A DNA stretch of 64,000 bases from Gammaproteobacteria bacterium (lineage in GTDB: Bacteria; Pseudomonadota; Gammaproteobacteria; Eutrophobiales; Eutrophobiaceae), in NCBI GenBank assembly GCA_965221335.1, contig CBDCSC010000006.1, positions 199,570 through 263,569 of the forward strand, in the 5' to 3' direction. The notes under the pieces were generated by a model, which was not told the origin of the DNA, searched no databases, and saw only the letters and a list, made by a program, of their open reading frames with translations. A program made the position numbers and the translations under genes. Shown here piece after piece: positions 1 to 8,931 of the stretch (within the stretch, counting starts at the first letter, position 1; every line of letters starts with the position of its first letter).

Positions 1-2
1 GG

Positions 3-1025
3 CACCTGCAGGTGGGTCCGCAAAGCGCGGGCGCCGTGCCGGGTCCTGCCTGTTATGCAAAGGGGGGTGAGGATGCAACCTTTACCGATGCCGCATTGGT
101 GATGGGTTACCTGGATCCTGATAATTTTCTCGGTGGTGAGCTTGCGCTTAATGGTGCACGCGCACACCAGGCCATTTCGAAGGTTGCCGGTGCGGTGCAA
201 CTTTCCGTGCAAGAGACAGCCGCAGGGATAATGCGCATCAGCGAGGCCAAGATTGCAGGCGCCGTCCGGGTCATTTCAATCGAGCAGGGACATCACCCAA
301 TAGATTTCGCGCTGCTTGCCTTTGGAGGCGGAGGCGCTTTCGTTGCCACCAATATAGCCCGGGAGCTCGGTATCCCAAGGGTAATTATTCCGCCGGCGCC
401 GGCTAATTTTTCCGCATTGGGAATGCTGATGGTAGACGTTACCCATGACTTGTCTCAGACATGTGTCATGGACCTGGATCAACTCAAGGTAGAATCAATC
501 AACGCCATTTTCGCCGAACTGGGCAGAAAAGGGCACGATGCCCTGGAAAAAGACCAGGTAGACCCCGCAAACAGGCGCCTGGTTCCCATGGCTGAATTGC
601 GTTATCAGGGACAGGAACACACCGTTAACCTGGTCTTTCCCACAGCGGAACTTGGCGTCCGGGATCGGGGGAAAATAGAAGCGTTATTTAATGTTGCCCA
701 TGAAAAACAGTACGGGCATGCGATGCAAGACCCTATCCAGATAGTGACCTTGCGCTTGCGCGCCCTGGGAATGCTGAGCCGCCCGGACCTGCCGAAACTC
801 GATCGGACTATGGAACAGCCGATAAGCAATGGAAACAGACAAATTTACCGCGCCGGGAGCGGCGCCAGGCAAACCTATTGCATATATCAGAGGGAAGATC
901 TCAGGGCAGACCAGCAAATTCAGGGACCGGCCATCATAGAAGAGTCCACTTCGACTACAATACTACACACTGGTGATAGCCTGATTGTGGGCTTATATGG
1001 CGAACTGCTGGTGAATATCGGATAA
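3..1025 (+). CDS. hyuA: Hydantoinase/oxoprolinase family, HyuA-type subunit, C-terminal part only (5' end lies upstream of the window)
   Basis: The frame is open from the window edge. The blocks VGPQSAGAVPGPACY..GG..TDAA and FGGGGA are collinear with the full-length paralogs at 2889 and 8932. A HyuB-type gene follows 35 nt later. Confidence 0.85.
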   Translation, partial: HLQVGPQSAGAVPGPACYAKGGEDATFTDAALVMGYLDPDNFLGGELALNGARAHQAISKVAGAVQLSVQETAAGIMRISEAKIAGAVRVISIEQGHHPIDFALLAFGGGGAFVATNIARELGIPRVIIPPAPANFSALGMLMVDVTHDLSQTCVMDLDQLKVESINAIFAELGRKGHDALEKDQVDPANRRLVPMAELRYQGQEHTVNLVFPTAELGVRDRGKIEALFNVAHEKQYGHAMQDPIQIVTLRLRALGMLSRPDLPKLDRTMEQPISNGNRQIYRAGSGARQTYCIYQREDLRADQQIQGPAIIEESTSTTILHTGDSLIVGLYGELLVNIG

Positions 1026-1060
1026 TCCGTACCGGATGAAAAACTTGGGAGATCACAGAG

Positions 1061-2782
1061 ATGGCTGATGTCGACTCCATAACCGTACAGGTTATACATA
1101 ACTATTTGTTGTCGGCAGCGCGGGAAATGAACCGGAATCTCATGCGCACTGCCTACAGTACCCTGATATACGAAGTACATGATTTTGGTCTCGGGCTTTA
1201 TGACAGGGATTGCCGGTTGCTGGCCGAGGCGCCGGGGCTGGCTGTTTTTACCCGCAGCAATGACTATGGCCTGAATAAAATGGTCGAATTTCTAGGTCAT
1301 GACGATATTCACCCCGGTGATGTGATCCTGCTCAATTACCCGTACTGGAGTTCAACCCACACCCTGGATGTAATGGCGGCATCTCCTGTGTTTTACCGGG
1401 ACGAGCTCGTGGGCTTTACTGCCGTGAAGGAGCATTGGCTGGACCTTGGGCAAAAAGATCCCGGTTACTGCCTTGATACCCTGGAACTTGCCCAGGAAGG
1501 GCTGGTCTTCCCCTGTTCCAAGATATATTCAAAGGGGGTGCTGAACAGGGAACTGGAGCAATTGATACGTTTTAACAGCCGCATCCCGGACCGGGTCATC
1601 GGCGACATGAATGCGCAGGTTTCCGCCTGCCGGACCGGGGAACGGCGGGTCCGGGAACTGGTGGAAAAGTTTGGTGTAGATGTCTATACCGAAGCGGTCA
1701 GCGAGATTCTGGACCATGGCGAACGCCTGGCGCGCAAGCGGTTGGCGGCGTTGCCGGACGGCGTCTGGACTGCGGAGGATTATGTTGATGATGACGGAGT
1801 AGAGCGGGACAAAAAAATGCGCTTGCAGGCCACGGTAACCATTGCCGGTGATGAAATGACGATAGACTGGACCGGGTCGGATGATAAATGCAAAGGCCCG
1901 ATGAACGTGCCGATAGGAACGACCGAAGGGGTATGCGCGCTGGTCTTCAAGTCGATTACCACCCCGGATACTCCCGCAAATGAAGGCAACTTTCGACCGT
2001 TGCGGGTAATCGCCCCGGAAGGCTGCATTATGAACGCACAACCGCCGTCACCGACGTTTACCCTGTGGACGGCCCTGATCGCGCCCGAAGTGGTGACCAA
2101 GGCCTTGGCCAAGGGAATGCCCGACCGTATCCCGGCATGCAGTGGCGGTGATATCTTTTCCCTGATGGGAGTAGGCGCCCATCCTGAGACCGGCAAGCTC
2201 TGGATTGAAAGCACCAATGAAGGCATCGGGTTTGGCGGGCATGCCGCCGATGATGGTGAGAGCGGCATTATGCACATGACCGAACCCGGTTGCCGCAACA
2301 ACCCGGTTGAGGTGCTGGAAACCAAGGCCCCCTGGCTCATAGAGAACTACGGCTTGCGGGCCGATTCGGGGGGAGCCGGAAAACATCGCGGGGGGCTTGG
2401 AATTACCCGCACCTACCGTTTTCTGTCAGATGCGTCTGCATTGACCCTGGTAAAAAAAACCAAGACCTCGCCATGGGGCATGGCTGACGGCGAGGATGGA
2501 CAAGCGGGGGCTGTGATCGTGCGGCCCGGCACGGATCGGGAACAGGTGACCGGCGCCATATACGAGCAGGTGTCGGCGGGTGATGTGATCATCAACCGCT
2601 CCGGCGGCGGTGGCGGTTGGGGTAATCCGCTGGAGCGGGACCCGTCACGGGTGCTTGACGATGTCAGGAATGAATTTGTGTCGGTTATTGCAGCCCGGGA
2701 GAAATATGGCGTCATTATCGATCCCAAGACCATGACTGTTGATGACATGGCGACAGATGCGTTGCGCGCCTCCATGTCATAG
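1061..2782 (+). CDS. hyuB: Hydantoinase B/oxoprolinase family subunit (HyuB-type), pair 1
   Basis: 573 aa. Family blocks: N-terminal D.IT..V....L......M...L.RTA.S..I.E..DF, and C-terminal GGGGWG.P..RDP..V..DV. It is paired with the upstream HyuA-type gene. Confidence 0.9.
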   Translation: MADVDSITVQVIHNYLLSAAREMNRNLMRTAYSTLIYEVHDFGLGLYDRDCRLLAEAPGLAVFTRSNDYGLNKMVEFLGHDDIHPGDVILLNYPYWSSTHTLDVMAASPVFYRDELVGFTAVKEHWLDLGQKDPGYCLDTLELAQEGLVFPCSKIYSKGVLNRELEQLIRFNSRIPDRVIGDMNAQVSACRTGERRVRELVEKFGVDVYTEAVSEILDHGERLARKRLAALPDGVWTAEDYVDDDGVERDKKMRLQATVTIAGDEMTIDWTGSDDKCKGPMNVPIGTTEGVCALVFKSITTPDTPANEGNFRPLRVIAPEGCIMNAQPPSPTFTLWTALIAPEVVTKALAKGMPDRIPACSGGDIFSLMGVGAHPETGKLWIESTNEGIGFGGHAADDGESGIMHMTEPGCRNNPVEVLETKAPWLIENYGLRADSGGAGKHRGGLGITRTYRFLSDASALTLVKKTKTSPWGMADGEDGQAGAVIVRPGTDREQVTGAIYEQVSAGDVIINRSGGGGGWGNPLERDPSRVLDDVRNEFVSVIAAREKYGVIIDPKTMTVDDMATDALRASMS

Positions 2783-2805
2783 GCGCCGAATTAAAGCTAT
2801 AGAGA

Positions 2806-2872
2806 GCAAAACAACAATCGCATTTTTTTTGCGAGCTCTGACTAGCACAGGATGAACTTGTCAGAGCTTCCT
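2806..2872. repeat. Partial copy (modules 4-5) of the composite element
   Basis: GCAAAACAACAATCGCATTTTTTTTGC followed by GAGCTCTGAC...GTCAGAGCTTCC, between hyuB (pair 1) and hyuA (pair 2). Confidence 0.7.
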
Positions 2873-2888
2873 TAAGAGGAGAAGGTTA

Positions 2889-4928
2889 TTGAGCAGCCGT
2901 ATCGGTGTCGATATAGGTGGTACTTTTACCGACCTCATTTTTTTCAATGAGGATGACGGTTCCGTGCTGGTGGACAAGACACCGACCACGCCGGCAGCGC
3001 CTGAAGTCGGCTGTGTCGATGCCGTAAATTCTGCTGTCGCGCCGGAATTACTGCGATCATCTTCGTATTTTCTTCACGGTACGACAGTGGGATTGAATGC
3101 CCTGCTGGAGCGTAAAGGTTCTGTCGTCGGTCTGTTGACTACCATGGGATTTCGTGATGTGCTGGAAATCCGCAAGGGTTCAAGAGAAGAATGGTACAAC
3201 GTATTCTGGATTCCCGATGAACCCCTTGTGCCCCGCCGGCGCAGGCTTGAGGTCAGGGAACGAGTACTGGCCTCCGGCAATGTGCTGGAACCACTGTTTG
3301 CAGACGATGTCGCCGATGCGGTGAAAGTATTCCGGGAACAGGGTGTGACCGCGATAGCAGTGGCCTACCTGAATGCATACAGGAATCCGTGCCATGAAGT
3401 TGAAACCGAAAAGTTAATCCGTGCTGCCGGTTTTGACGGGGCCGTTTCCCTGTCCCATCGCGTATCCGGCGAATACCGCGACTATGAACGTTCCTCAACT
3501 ACCGTGATTGACGCGTACGTGCGCGGGCGCCTGGCAAATTACATGGACCACATAGAATCCAGGCTGCGCGCGGACGGATTTACGGGCACATGCCTGATTA
3601 CCCGTTCCGGAAGCGGTTCCATGACGTTTGCCGAAGCGTCGGAGCGGCCATTTGAAACCATCATGTCAGGACCTGTTGCCGGGGTTGAAGGCGCGGCGCA
3701 ACTGGCGCGAACCCTGGAGCTGGGGGATATCATCTCTGCCGACGTTGGCGGCACCAGTTTTGATACGGCATTGATTCGGGATGGTCGCCCGCAATTGTTG
3801 TACGAAGGATCCGTGTTGGGCATGCCGTTACAGACACCATGGGTGGATGTGCGTTCCATTGGCGCAGGCGGCGGTTCCATCGCTTACGTTGATGTGGGAG
3901 GCCTGCTGCAGGTCGGCCCGCAAAGCGCCGGCGCTGATCCCGGTCCTGCGTGTTACGGGCGCGGCGGCGCACGCGCCACGGTGACGGATGCAGCGTTTTA
4001 CCTGGGTATGCTGGCGTCAGGGAATCTCGCTTCCGGTATCAGGCTGGATCGCAGCAAGTCGGAAGTGGCGCTTAAACCCCTGGCTGACGCGCTTGGCTAT
4101 GACCTGACTCAAACGGCGGAAGGTATTATTACCATTGCGGTCGCCGCCATGGCCAATGCCATCCGTGAGATTACCGTAGAACAGGGTTTCGACCCCAGGG
4201 AAATGAAACTGCTGCCGTTTGGCGGCGCCGGTCCTATGCTGGCAACCGAACTGGCGCGGGAACTGGCTATGCGCGAGATCATTATTCCACCTTGTGCCGG
4301 TAATTTTTCCGCAATGGGGTTGCTGACGTCAGACCTGTTACAAAGCGCGGCGCTGACCCGGCCCATGCCGCTCAATGACGAGTCGTTAAACCTGGCAAAC
4401 GAAATGCTCGAAGGCCTTTTCAGGGATTTGAAATCCAGGGGTTCGAGCGGGATAAACGAAACGGAGACTCAATTGGAGGTTGCGCTGGACCTGCGTTATA
4501 CCGGACAGGAGCATTCAATTAATGTTAAACCTGCGGCGGCTGACGGTACGATTACGGCTGCGGCTGAAGATGTGCAAAGCCGGTTTGAGACCGCCTACCA
4601 TGAAGCATACGGCGGGATTCTTGATACCCTGATTGAAATTGTTTCTGTGCGCGCCGCGGTGCGGCAGCCTTTGTCCGGCACAATGAAATTTGCCGGGTCC
4701 GGTAGTATTGCTGCAAGCGCTTCCGCCGATCAGGTTCGGGCCTATAGCTTCATGCGCCGGGAATACTCGGAGTTTGCCGTGATTGAACGGAGCCGGCTCT
4801 CTGTTGATGAACAGCGCAAGGGTCCTGCAATTATCATCGAACCTACCACTACCACCTACATTGATGCGCATTGCCGGTATGGCGTTGATGCCGGTGGTTG
4901 TTTACACATTCACCTTGAGGAAACCTGA
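2889..4928 (+). CDS. hyuA: Hydantoinase A/oxoprolinase family subunit (HyuA-type), pair 2
   Basis: 679 aa. It has the N-terminal ASKHA-type motif IGVDIGGTFTDL, plus DVGGTSFD and [18 protein letters not shown]. The start is TTG, preceded by AAGAGGAGAAGG. The stop overlaps the next start (ATGA at 4925-4931). Confidence 0.9.
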   Translation: MSSRIGVDIGGTFTDLIFFNEDDGSVLVDKTPTTPAAPEVGCVDAVNSAVAPELLRSSSYFLHGTTVGLNALLERKGSVVGLLTTMGFRDVLEIRKGSREEWYNVFWIPDEPLVPRRRRLEVRERVLASGNVLEPLFADDVADAVKVFREQGVTAIAVAYLNAYRNPCHEVETEKLIRAAGFDGAVSLSHRVSGEYRDYERSSTTVIDAYVRGRLANYMDHIESRLRADGFTGTCLITRSGSGSMTFAEASERPFETIMSGPVAGVEGAAQLARTLELGDIISADVGGTSFDTALIRDGRPQLLYEGSVLGMPLQTPWVDVRSIGAGGGSIAYVDVGGLLQVGPQSAGADPGPACYGRGGARATVTDAAFYLGMLASGNLASGIRLDRSKSEVALKPLADALGYDLTQTAEGIITIAVAAMANAIREITVEQGFDPREMKLLPFGGAGPMLATELARELAMREIIIPPCAGNFSAMGLLTSDLLQSAALTRPMPLNDESLNLANEMLEGLFRDLKSRGSSGINETETQLEVALDLRYTGQEHSINVKPAAADGTITAAAEDVQSRFETAYHEAYGGILDTLIEIVSVRAAVRQPLSGTMKFAGSGSIAASASADQVRAYSFMRREYSEFAVIERSRLSVDEQRKGPAIIIEPTTTTYIDAHCRYGVDAGGCLHIHLEET

Positions 4929-6655
4929 TGATGGACATGGAAACCAAAATCTATACCTATGTTGCCGGCAAGATTACTGATGTGGACAGCTCTGCCGCAG
5001 ACCCCGTCACTACCCAACTGGTGCGGAACTCACTTAACTCCATTGCCAACCAGATGCGCAATACGCTGACCCGCGCGTCGTTTTCACCCATCGTCTATGA
5101 GGCAAACGATTTTTGCGTGGCGCTGTATGATCACAATATCTGTCTGTTGTCCCAGGCGCCGACATTGCCGGTGTTCCTGGGCACGATGAATTTCTGTATT
5201 GAGGCCGCTGTTGAAGGTGTGGGCGGTATCGAAGCGCTGGAACCCGGCGATATCCTGCTCTATAACATGCCTTACGGCACCGGTTCCCATGCCCAGGATG
5301 CCGCAGTCGTGATGCCGGTATTTATGCAGGATGGTGAACTGGCGGGTTATGCCTGCAACAAGGCGCATTGGTATGACATCGGCGCCAAGAACCCGTATTG
5401 CACTGATACTGAAGACCTGTTCCAGGAAGGCGTAATCTTTCCCGGTGTGAAACTATACAAACGGGGTGAGAAAAACGACGATATATTCCGCATGGTAGAA
5501 GCCAACACGCGCACGCCGGACTATGTACTGGGTGACATCCATGCCCAGTGCGCATCGGCGCGTGCCGGGGCTGAGGCGCTGGTCAAATTGATAGGCCGTT
5601 TCGGGCGCGATACATTCCGCTTATGCGTCCAGCGCATGTTCGACCATGGTGAGGCGCTGGTGCGGGATTTTTTCGCGAAATTGCCTGACGGCCGTTATAC
5701 CGCGACCAGTACCATGGATAATGACGGTCTTACCGATGATGCTATCGATTTTGAAATCACGGTGGAAATCGAGGGCAGTACTATCCGGATCGATTATTCA
5801 AAAGTACCTGATGCCGTTGCCGGACCCATGAACTGCCCGTTCCCGTCAACAGTGTCCGGCAGCCGCGTGGCCATCGGCATGATGCTGGGGGAAGGGGGGT
5901 CTCCGGCGGAAGGGCATTTTCGCCCGCTGGAGGTGGTCACCCGCACCGGGTCCATGTTCCACCCGGTTGCTCCGCAGCCCTGTTACTTATATGGCTGGCC
6001 GCTGATGCATGCGATGGAAGCGATTTATCAAGCCTTTTCAAAAGCTGCGGCAGACCTGGTGCCTTCAGGCAGCGCCGGCGATATCTGTGCCGTACAGGCC
6101 TACGGCTACCACTCCGAGACCGGCGAGTTTTTCTTTAACGGCTATGCGCTGCCGGTGGGACACGGCGCTTGCGCTCACGCTGACGGTGCAACATTGTATG
6201 TGCCGGCCCTGGCAAAATCCACGTTACCTTCGGCGGAAATTCAGGAAGCCAAGTTTCCGTTAATATTCAGAAAATGGAAGCTGGCGCCGGATTCTTGCGG
6301 ACCTGGAAAATACCGGGGTGGGCTGGGCGTAGACTACGAATGGCAGTTGGCGCATGATGCCCGCTTGATTTCCACCATTGAGAACACCAAGACGCCCGCT
6401 TGGGCACAACAGGGCGGGCGTTCCGGAACCTGCAACAGATTAACCATTGAATACCCTGACGGGCGCGTCGAAAAACGCAACAAGGTTACGGGTTTGCCCG
6501 TGCCGGAAGGGACGATCATCAAAATCCATTGCGGCGGAGGCGGCGGCTATGGCTCGCCGGCAGATCGGGACCCTGAAGCCGTGCGGCGGGACCTGGAAGA
6601 AGGCTATATCAGCGAACGGTATGCCAAACAGAATTATCCTCAGGCATTTGCCTGA
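4928..6655 (+). CDS. hyuB: Hydantoinase B/oxoprolinase family subunit (HyuB-type), pair 2
   Basis: 575 aa, collinear with the protein at 10975 over its whole length. It ends with the GGGGGYGSPADRDPEAV block. Alternative in-frame ATG starts lie at 4931 and 4937. Confidence 0.9.
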   Translation: MMDMETKIYTYVAGKITDVDSSAADPVTTQLVRNSLNSIANQMRNTLTRASFSPIVYEANDFCVALYDHNICLLSQAPTLPVFLGTMNFCIEAAVEGVGGIEALEPGDILLYNMPYGTGSHAQDAAVVMPVFMQDGELAGYACNKAHWYDIGAKNPYCTDTEDLFQEGVIFPGVKLYKRGEKNDDIFRMVEANTRTPDYVLGDIHAQCASARAGAEALVKLIGRFGRDTFRLCVQRMFDHGEALVRDFFAKLPDGRYTATSTMDNDGLTDDAIDFEITVEIEGSTIRIDYSKVPDAVAGPMNCPFPSTVSGSRVAIGMMLGEGGSPAEGHFRPLEVVTRTGSMFHPVAPQPCYLYGWPLMHAMEAIYQAFSKAAADLVPSGSAGDICAVQAYGYHSETGEFFFNGYALPVGHGACAHADGATLYVPALAKSTLPSAEIQEAKFPLIFRKWKLAPDSCGPGKYRGGLGVDYEWQLAHDARLISTIENTKTPAWAQQGGRSGTCNRLTIEYPDGRVEKRNKVTGLPVPEGTIIKIHCGGGGGYGSPADRDPEAVRRDLEEGYISERYAKQNYPQAFA

Positions 6656-6693
6656 TAAGGAGAAAATTATTACAATCATCCGAAATTTATACA

Positions 6694-6718
6694 AAAATTA
6701 AGTTGAAAGAGTACTAGA
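6694..6718. repeat. 25-nt sequence AAAATTAAGTTGAAAGAGTACTAGA, repeated exactly in inverted orientation at 54662-54686
   Basis: I compared the two copies base by base. Copy 1 sits just upstream of the TonB-receptor SD. Copy 2 begins 2 nt upstream of the dmpP stop codon and covers it. Confidence 0.8.
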
Positions 6719-6728
6719 GGGGGAGAGC

Positions 6729-8870
6729 ATGAAATTCCACAATTCCTGTCTGACGGCTTTTGTGATCAGTTCCATAATCAACCTGCCTGTGTTTGCACAG
6801 GGCACCGGGTTACTTGAAGAAATCGTGGTAACCGCCACCAAGCGGGAAACCAACCTGCAGGATACGGCCATGTCAGTTTCCGCATTCACCGGAGAACAAC
6901 TGGAGCAGGCCGGGGCCATGGACCTCAGGGAAATGCAGTTATTTACGCCGGGGCTGTGGGTAGGCGGGAACGCCGGTTTCGGTACTAATCCCGTGGTAAT
7001 CCGCGGTATGGGTTCGCTGATTACCGGTATCGGCGCCGATGAGGCGGTTGGCGTGTATGTGGACGGTATCTACCAGGGGCGCACTGCCGGCACAGTGTTT
7101 GAATTTGTCGATATTGATCGGGTGGAAGTACTGCGCGGCCCCCAGGGCACGTTATATGGCCGTAATGCTACCGGCGGCGCCATTAATGTTATCACCAAGA
7201 CGCCCGGTGATGAATTTGAAGGCCGTTTGGAAGGCGAGGTTACGTCCTTCGACGGTTGGGGGGCACGCGGCTATTTTCTGGCGCCTGTCTCCGATAACCT
7301 TGGGATAAAACTTTCCGGCGGCAAATACGACCGTGACGGCTGGATGCATAATCCGACAACCGGCGTTGACGGCAATTCCGTGGACAAGGAGTATTTTTCA
7401 GCAGGACTGCATTGGACGCCCTCAGACAGAACCACGGTGGACCTGCGCGGTTATTCCGGCGTATCCAAGCTTCCTACCGCCTATAAAGACCTGAACGACG
7501 GCATAGATACGATAAGTGTTTATACGGCTGATCACCCAAATGCTTCCCGGCGCGAGTTTACTTCCGTCAGCGGGACTATCACCCATGAGTTTGACTGGTT
7601 TACCGCAAAGGCGATAGTTGGTTATCTGGAAACGGATGTGGTGGATTTCGTTGATTCTGACGGCCAGGCGATTAACAACGTGCAATACCGCGGGTTTAAT
7701 GAATCCGACCAGGTCAGCGTGGAGTTGCAGTTCGCTTCCACGGGAGACGGCCCGTTCACCTGGCTGGTGGGCGCATTTTACTTCGACGAGTTTGCTGATG
7801 ACCACACACCGTTTAACTTCTTCCGGGACCCCATGTCCATTTTCGGCGTGCCCCCGGGGGGCGCTTTGGGGCCATTCGGATTGCTGTTTGCGGCCGAAGT
7901 GGAAACCGAGGCCTGGGCCGGCTTTGGCGAGGTGACTTTCCAGCCAATTGAAAGAATAAAATTAACAGCCGGCGTGCGTTACAGTTCCGAGTCCAAGGAT
8001 TGGCTGGGTTGCATCGGCAACTTTACCGAGTATGAAGTCGATTACCAGCCCGGAATTTGCGATAACAGCTTCGTGCCGGATGATGATTCGTGGAATGCGT
8101 GGACGCCCCATTTCGTTATCGATTTTCAGTTGAGCGACGATATGCTGTTCTACGCCAGCGCCACCCGGGGATTCCGCAGCGGCGGCTGGAACTGGACTGC
8201 GCCCACGTTTCCCAACACCGATAACGGCTTCAACCCGGAATATGTCTGGACTTTCGAGGGCGGCATGAAGGCCGATTTGCTCGATCAGCGCGCGCGTTTC
8301 AATATCGCCGGTTTTTATTCCGATTACACCAATGTGCAGGTGCGCACCACAGATGCCAACGCGCTGATTACCATCGTCAATGCGGCCACCGCCGATATTT
8401 ATGGCGTGGAAATGGAATTGAGCGCAACGCCGGTCGATAATTTCAATATTGCCGGTACCGCAGCCTGGCTGGACGCCACCTACAATAAGTTTGTCGGCGC
8501 AGGTGGCGTTGACTTATCCGGCAACAGGCTGAACCGCGCGCCGGAGTGGCAGTTATCACTGATGGCGCAATATACCTTCCCGATCGCGGACTTCGGCACA
8601 CTCACTCCCCGCATTGAGTGGCAGTATGTCGATGACATGTTCCACGATGAGAACAACACCCAGCCGCAGGGCTCGGAGAGTTTTGATATCGTCAACGTAA
8701 AACTGCGTTTTGAGGCAAATAATGAACGTTGGGGCGCAGAGTTGTACGCAAAAAATGCGGACGATACCCAGTACCGGACACACTCGTTCCAGGGGATTCT
8801 GCCTACTATTCTGCCCAGCCAGTACAGCGATCCGCGCATATTCGGGGGCAAGGTGTTTTTCAATTTTTAA
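6729..8870 (+). CDS. TonB-dependent outer-membrane receptor
   Basis: 713 aa. It has a signal peptide ending VFAQG, a TonB-box-like EEIVVTATKRE, the plug block VEVLRGPQGTLYGRNATGGAINVITK, and a beta-barrel-type C terminus ending in F. A strong SD (GAGGGGGAG) lies upstream. Confidence 0.92.
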   Translation: MKFHNSCLTAFVISSIINLPVFAQGTGLLEEIVVTATKRETNLQDTAMSVSAFTGEQLEQAGAMDLREMQLFTPGLWVGGNAGFGTNPVVIRGMGSLITGIGADEAVGVYVDGIYQGRTAGTVFEFVDIDRVEVLRGPQGTLYGRNATGGAINVITKTPGDEFEGRLEGEVTSFDGWGARGYFLAPVSDNLGIKLSGGKYDRDGWMHNPTTGVDGNSVDKEYFSAGLHWTPSDRTTVDLRGYSGVSKLPTAYKDLNDGIDTISVYTADHPNASRREFTSVSGTITHEFDWFTAKAIVGYLETDVVDFVDSDGQAINNVQYRGFNESDQVSVELQFASTGDGPFTWLVGAFYFDEFADDHTPFNFFRDPMSIFGVPPGGALGPFGLLFAAEVETEAWAGFGEVTFQPIERIKLTAGVRYSSESKDWLGCIGNFTEYEVDYQPGICDNSFVPDDDSWNAWTPHFVIDFQLSDDMLFYASATRGFRSGGWNWTAPTFPNTDNGFNPEYVWTFEGGMKADLLDQRARFNIAGFYSDYTNVQVRTTDANALITIVNAATADIYGVEMELSATPVDNFNIAGTAAWLDATYNKFVGAGGVDLSGNRLNRAPEWQLSLMAQYTFPIADFGTLTPRIEWQYVDDMFHDENNTQPQGSESFDIVNVKLRFEANNERWGAELYAKNADDTQYRTHSFQGILPTILPSQYSDPRIFGGKVFFNF

Positions 8871-8931
8871 TCGGGTCTGACGTACATCGGCGTTCACAAG
8901 TGTAATATCAACACCCGCGCGGAAACGGGGC

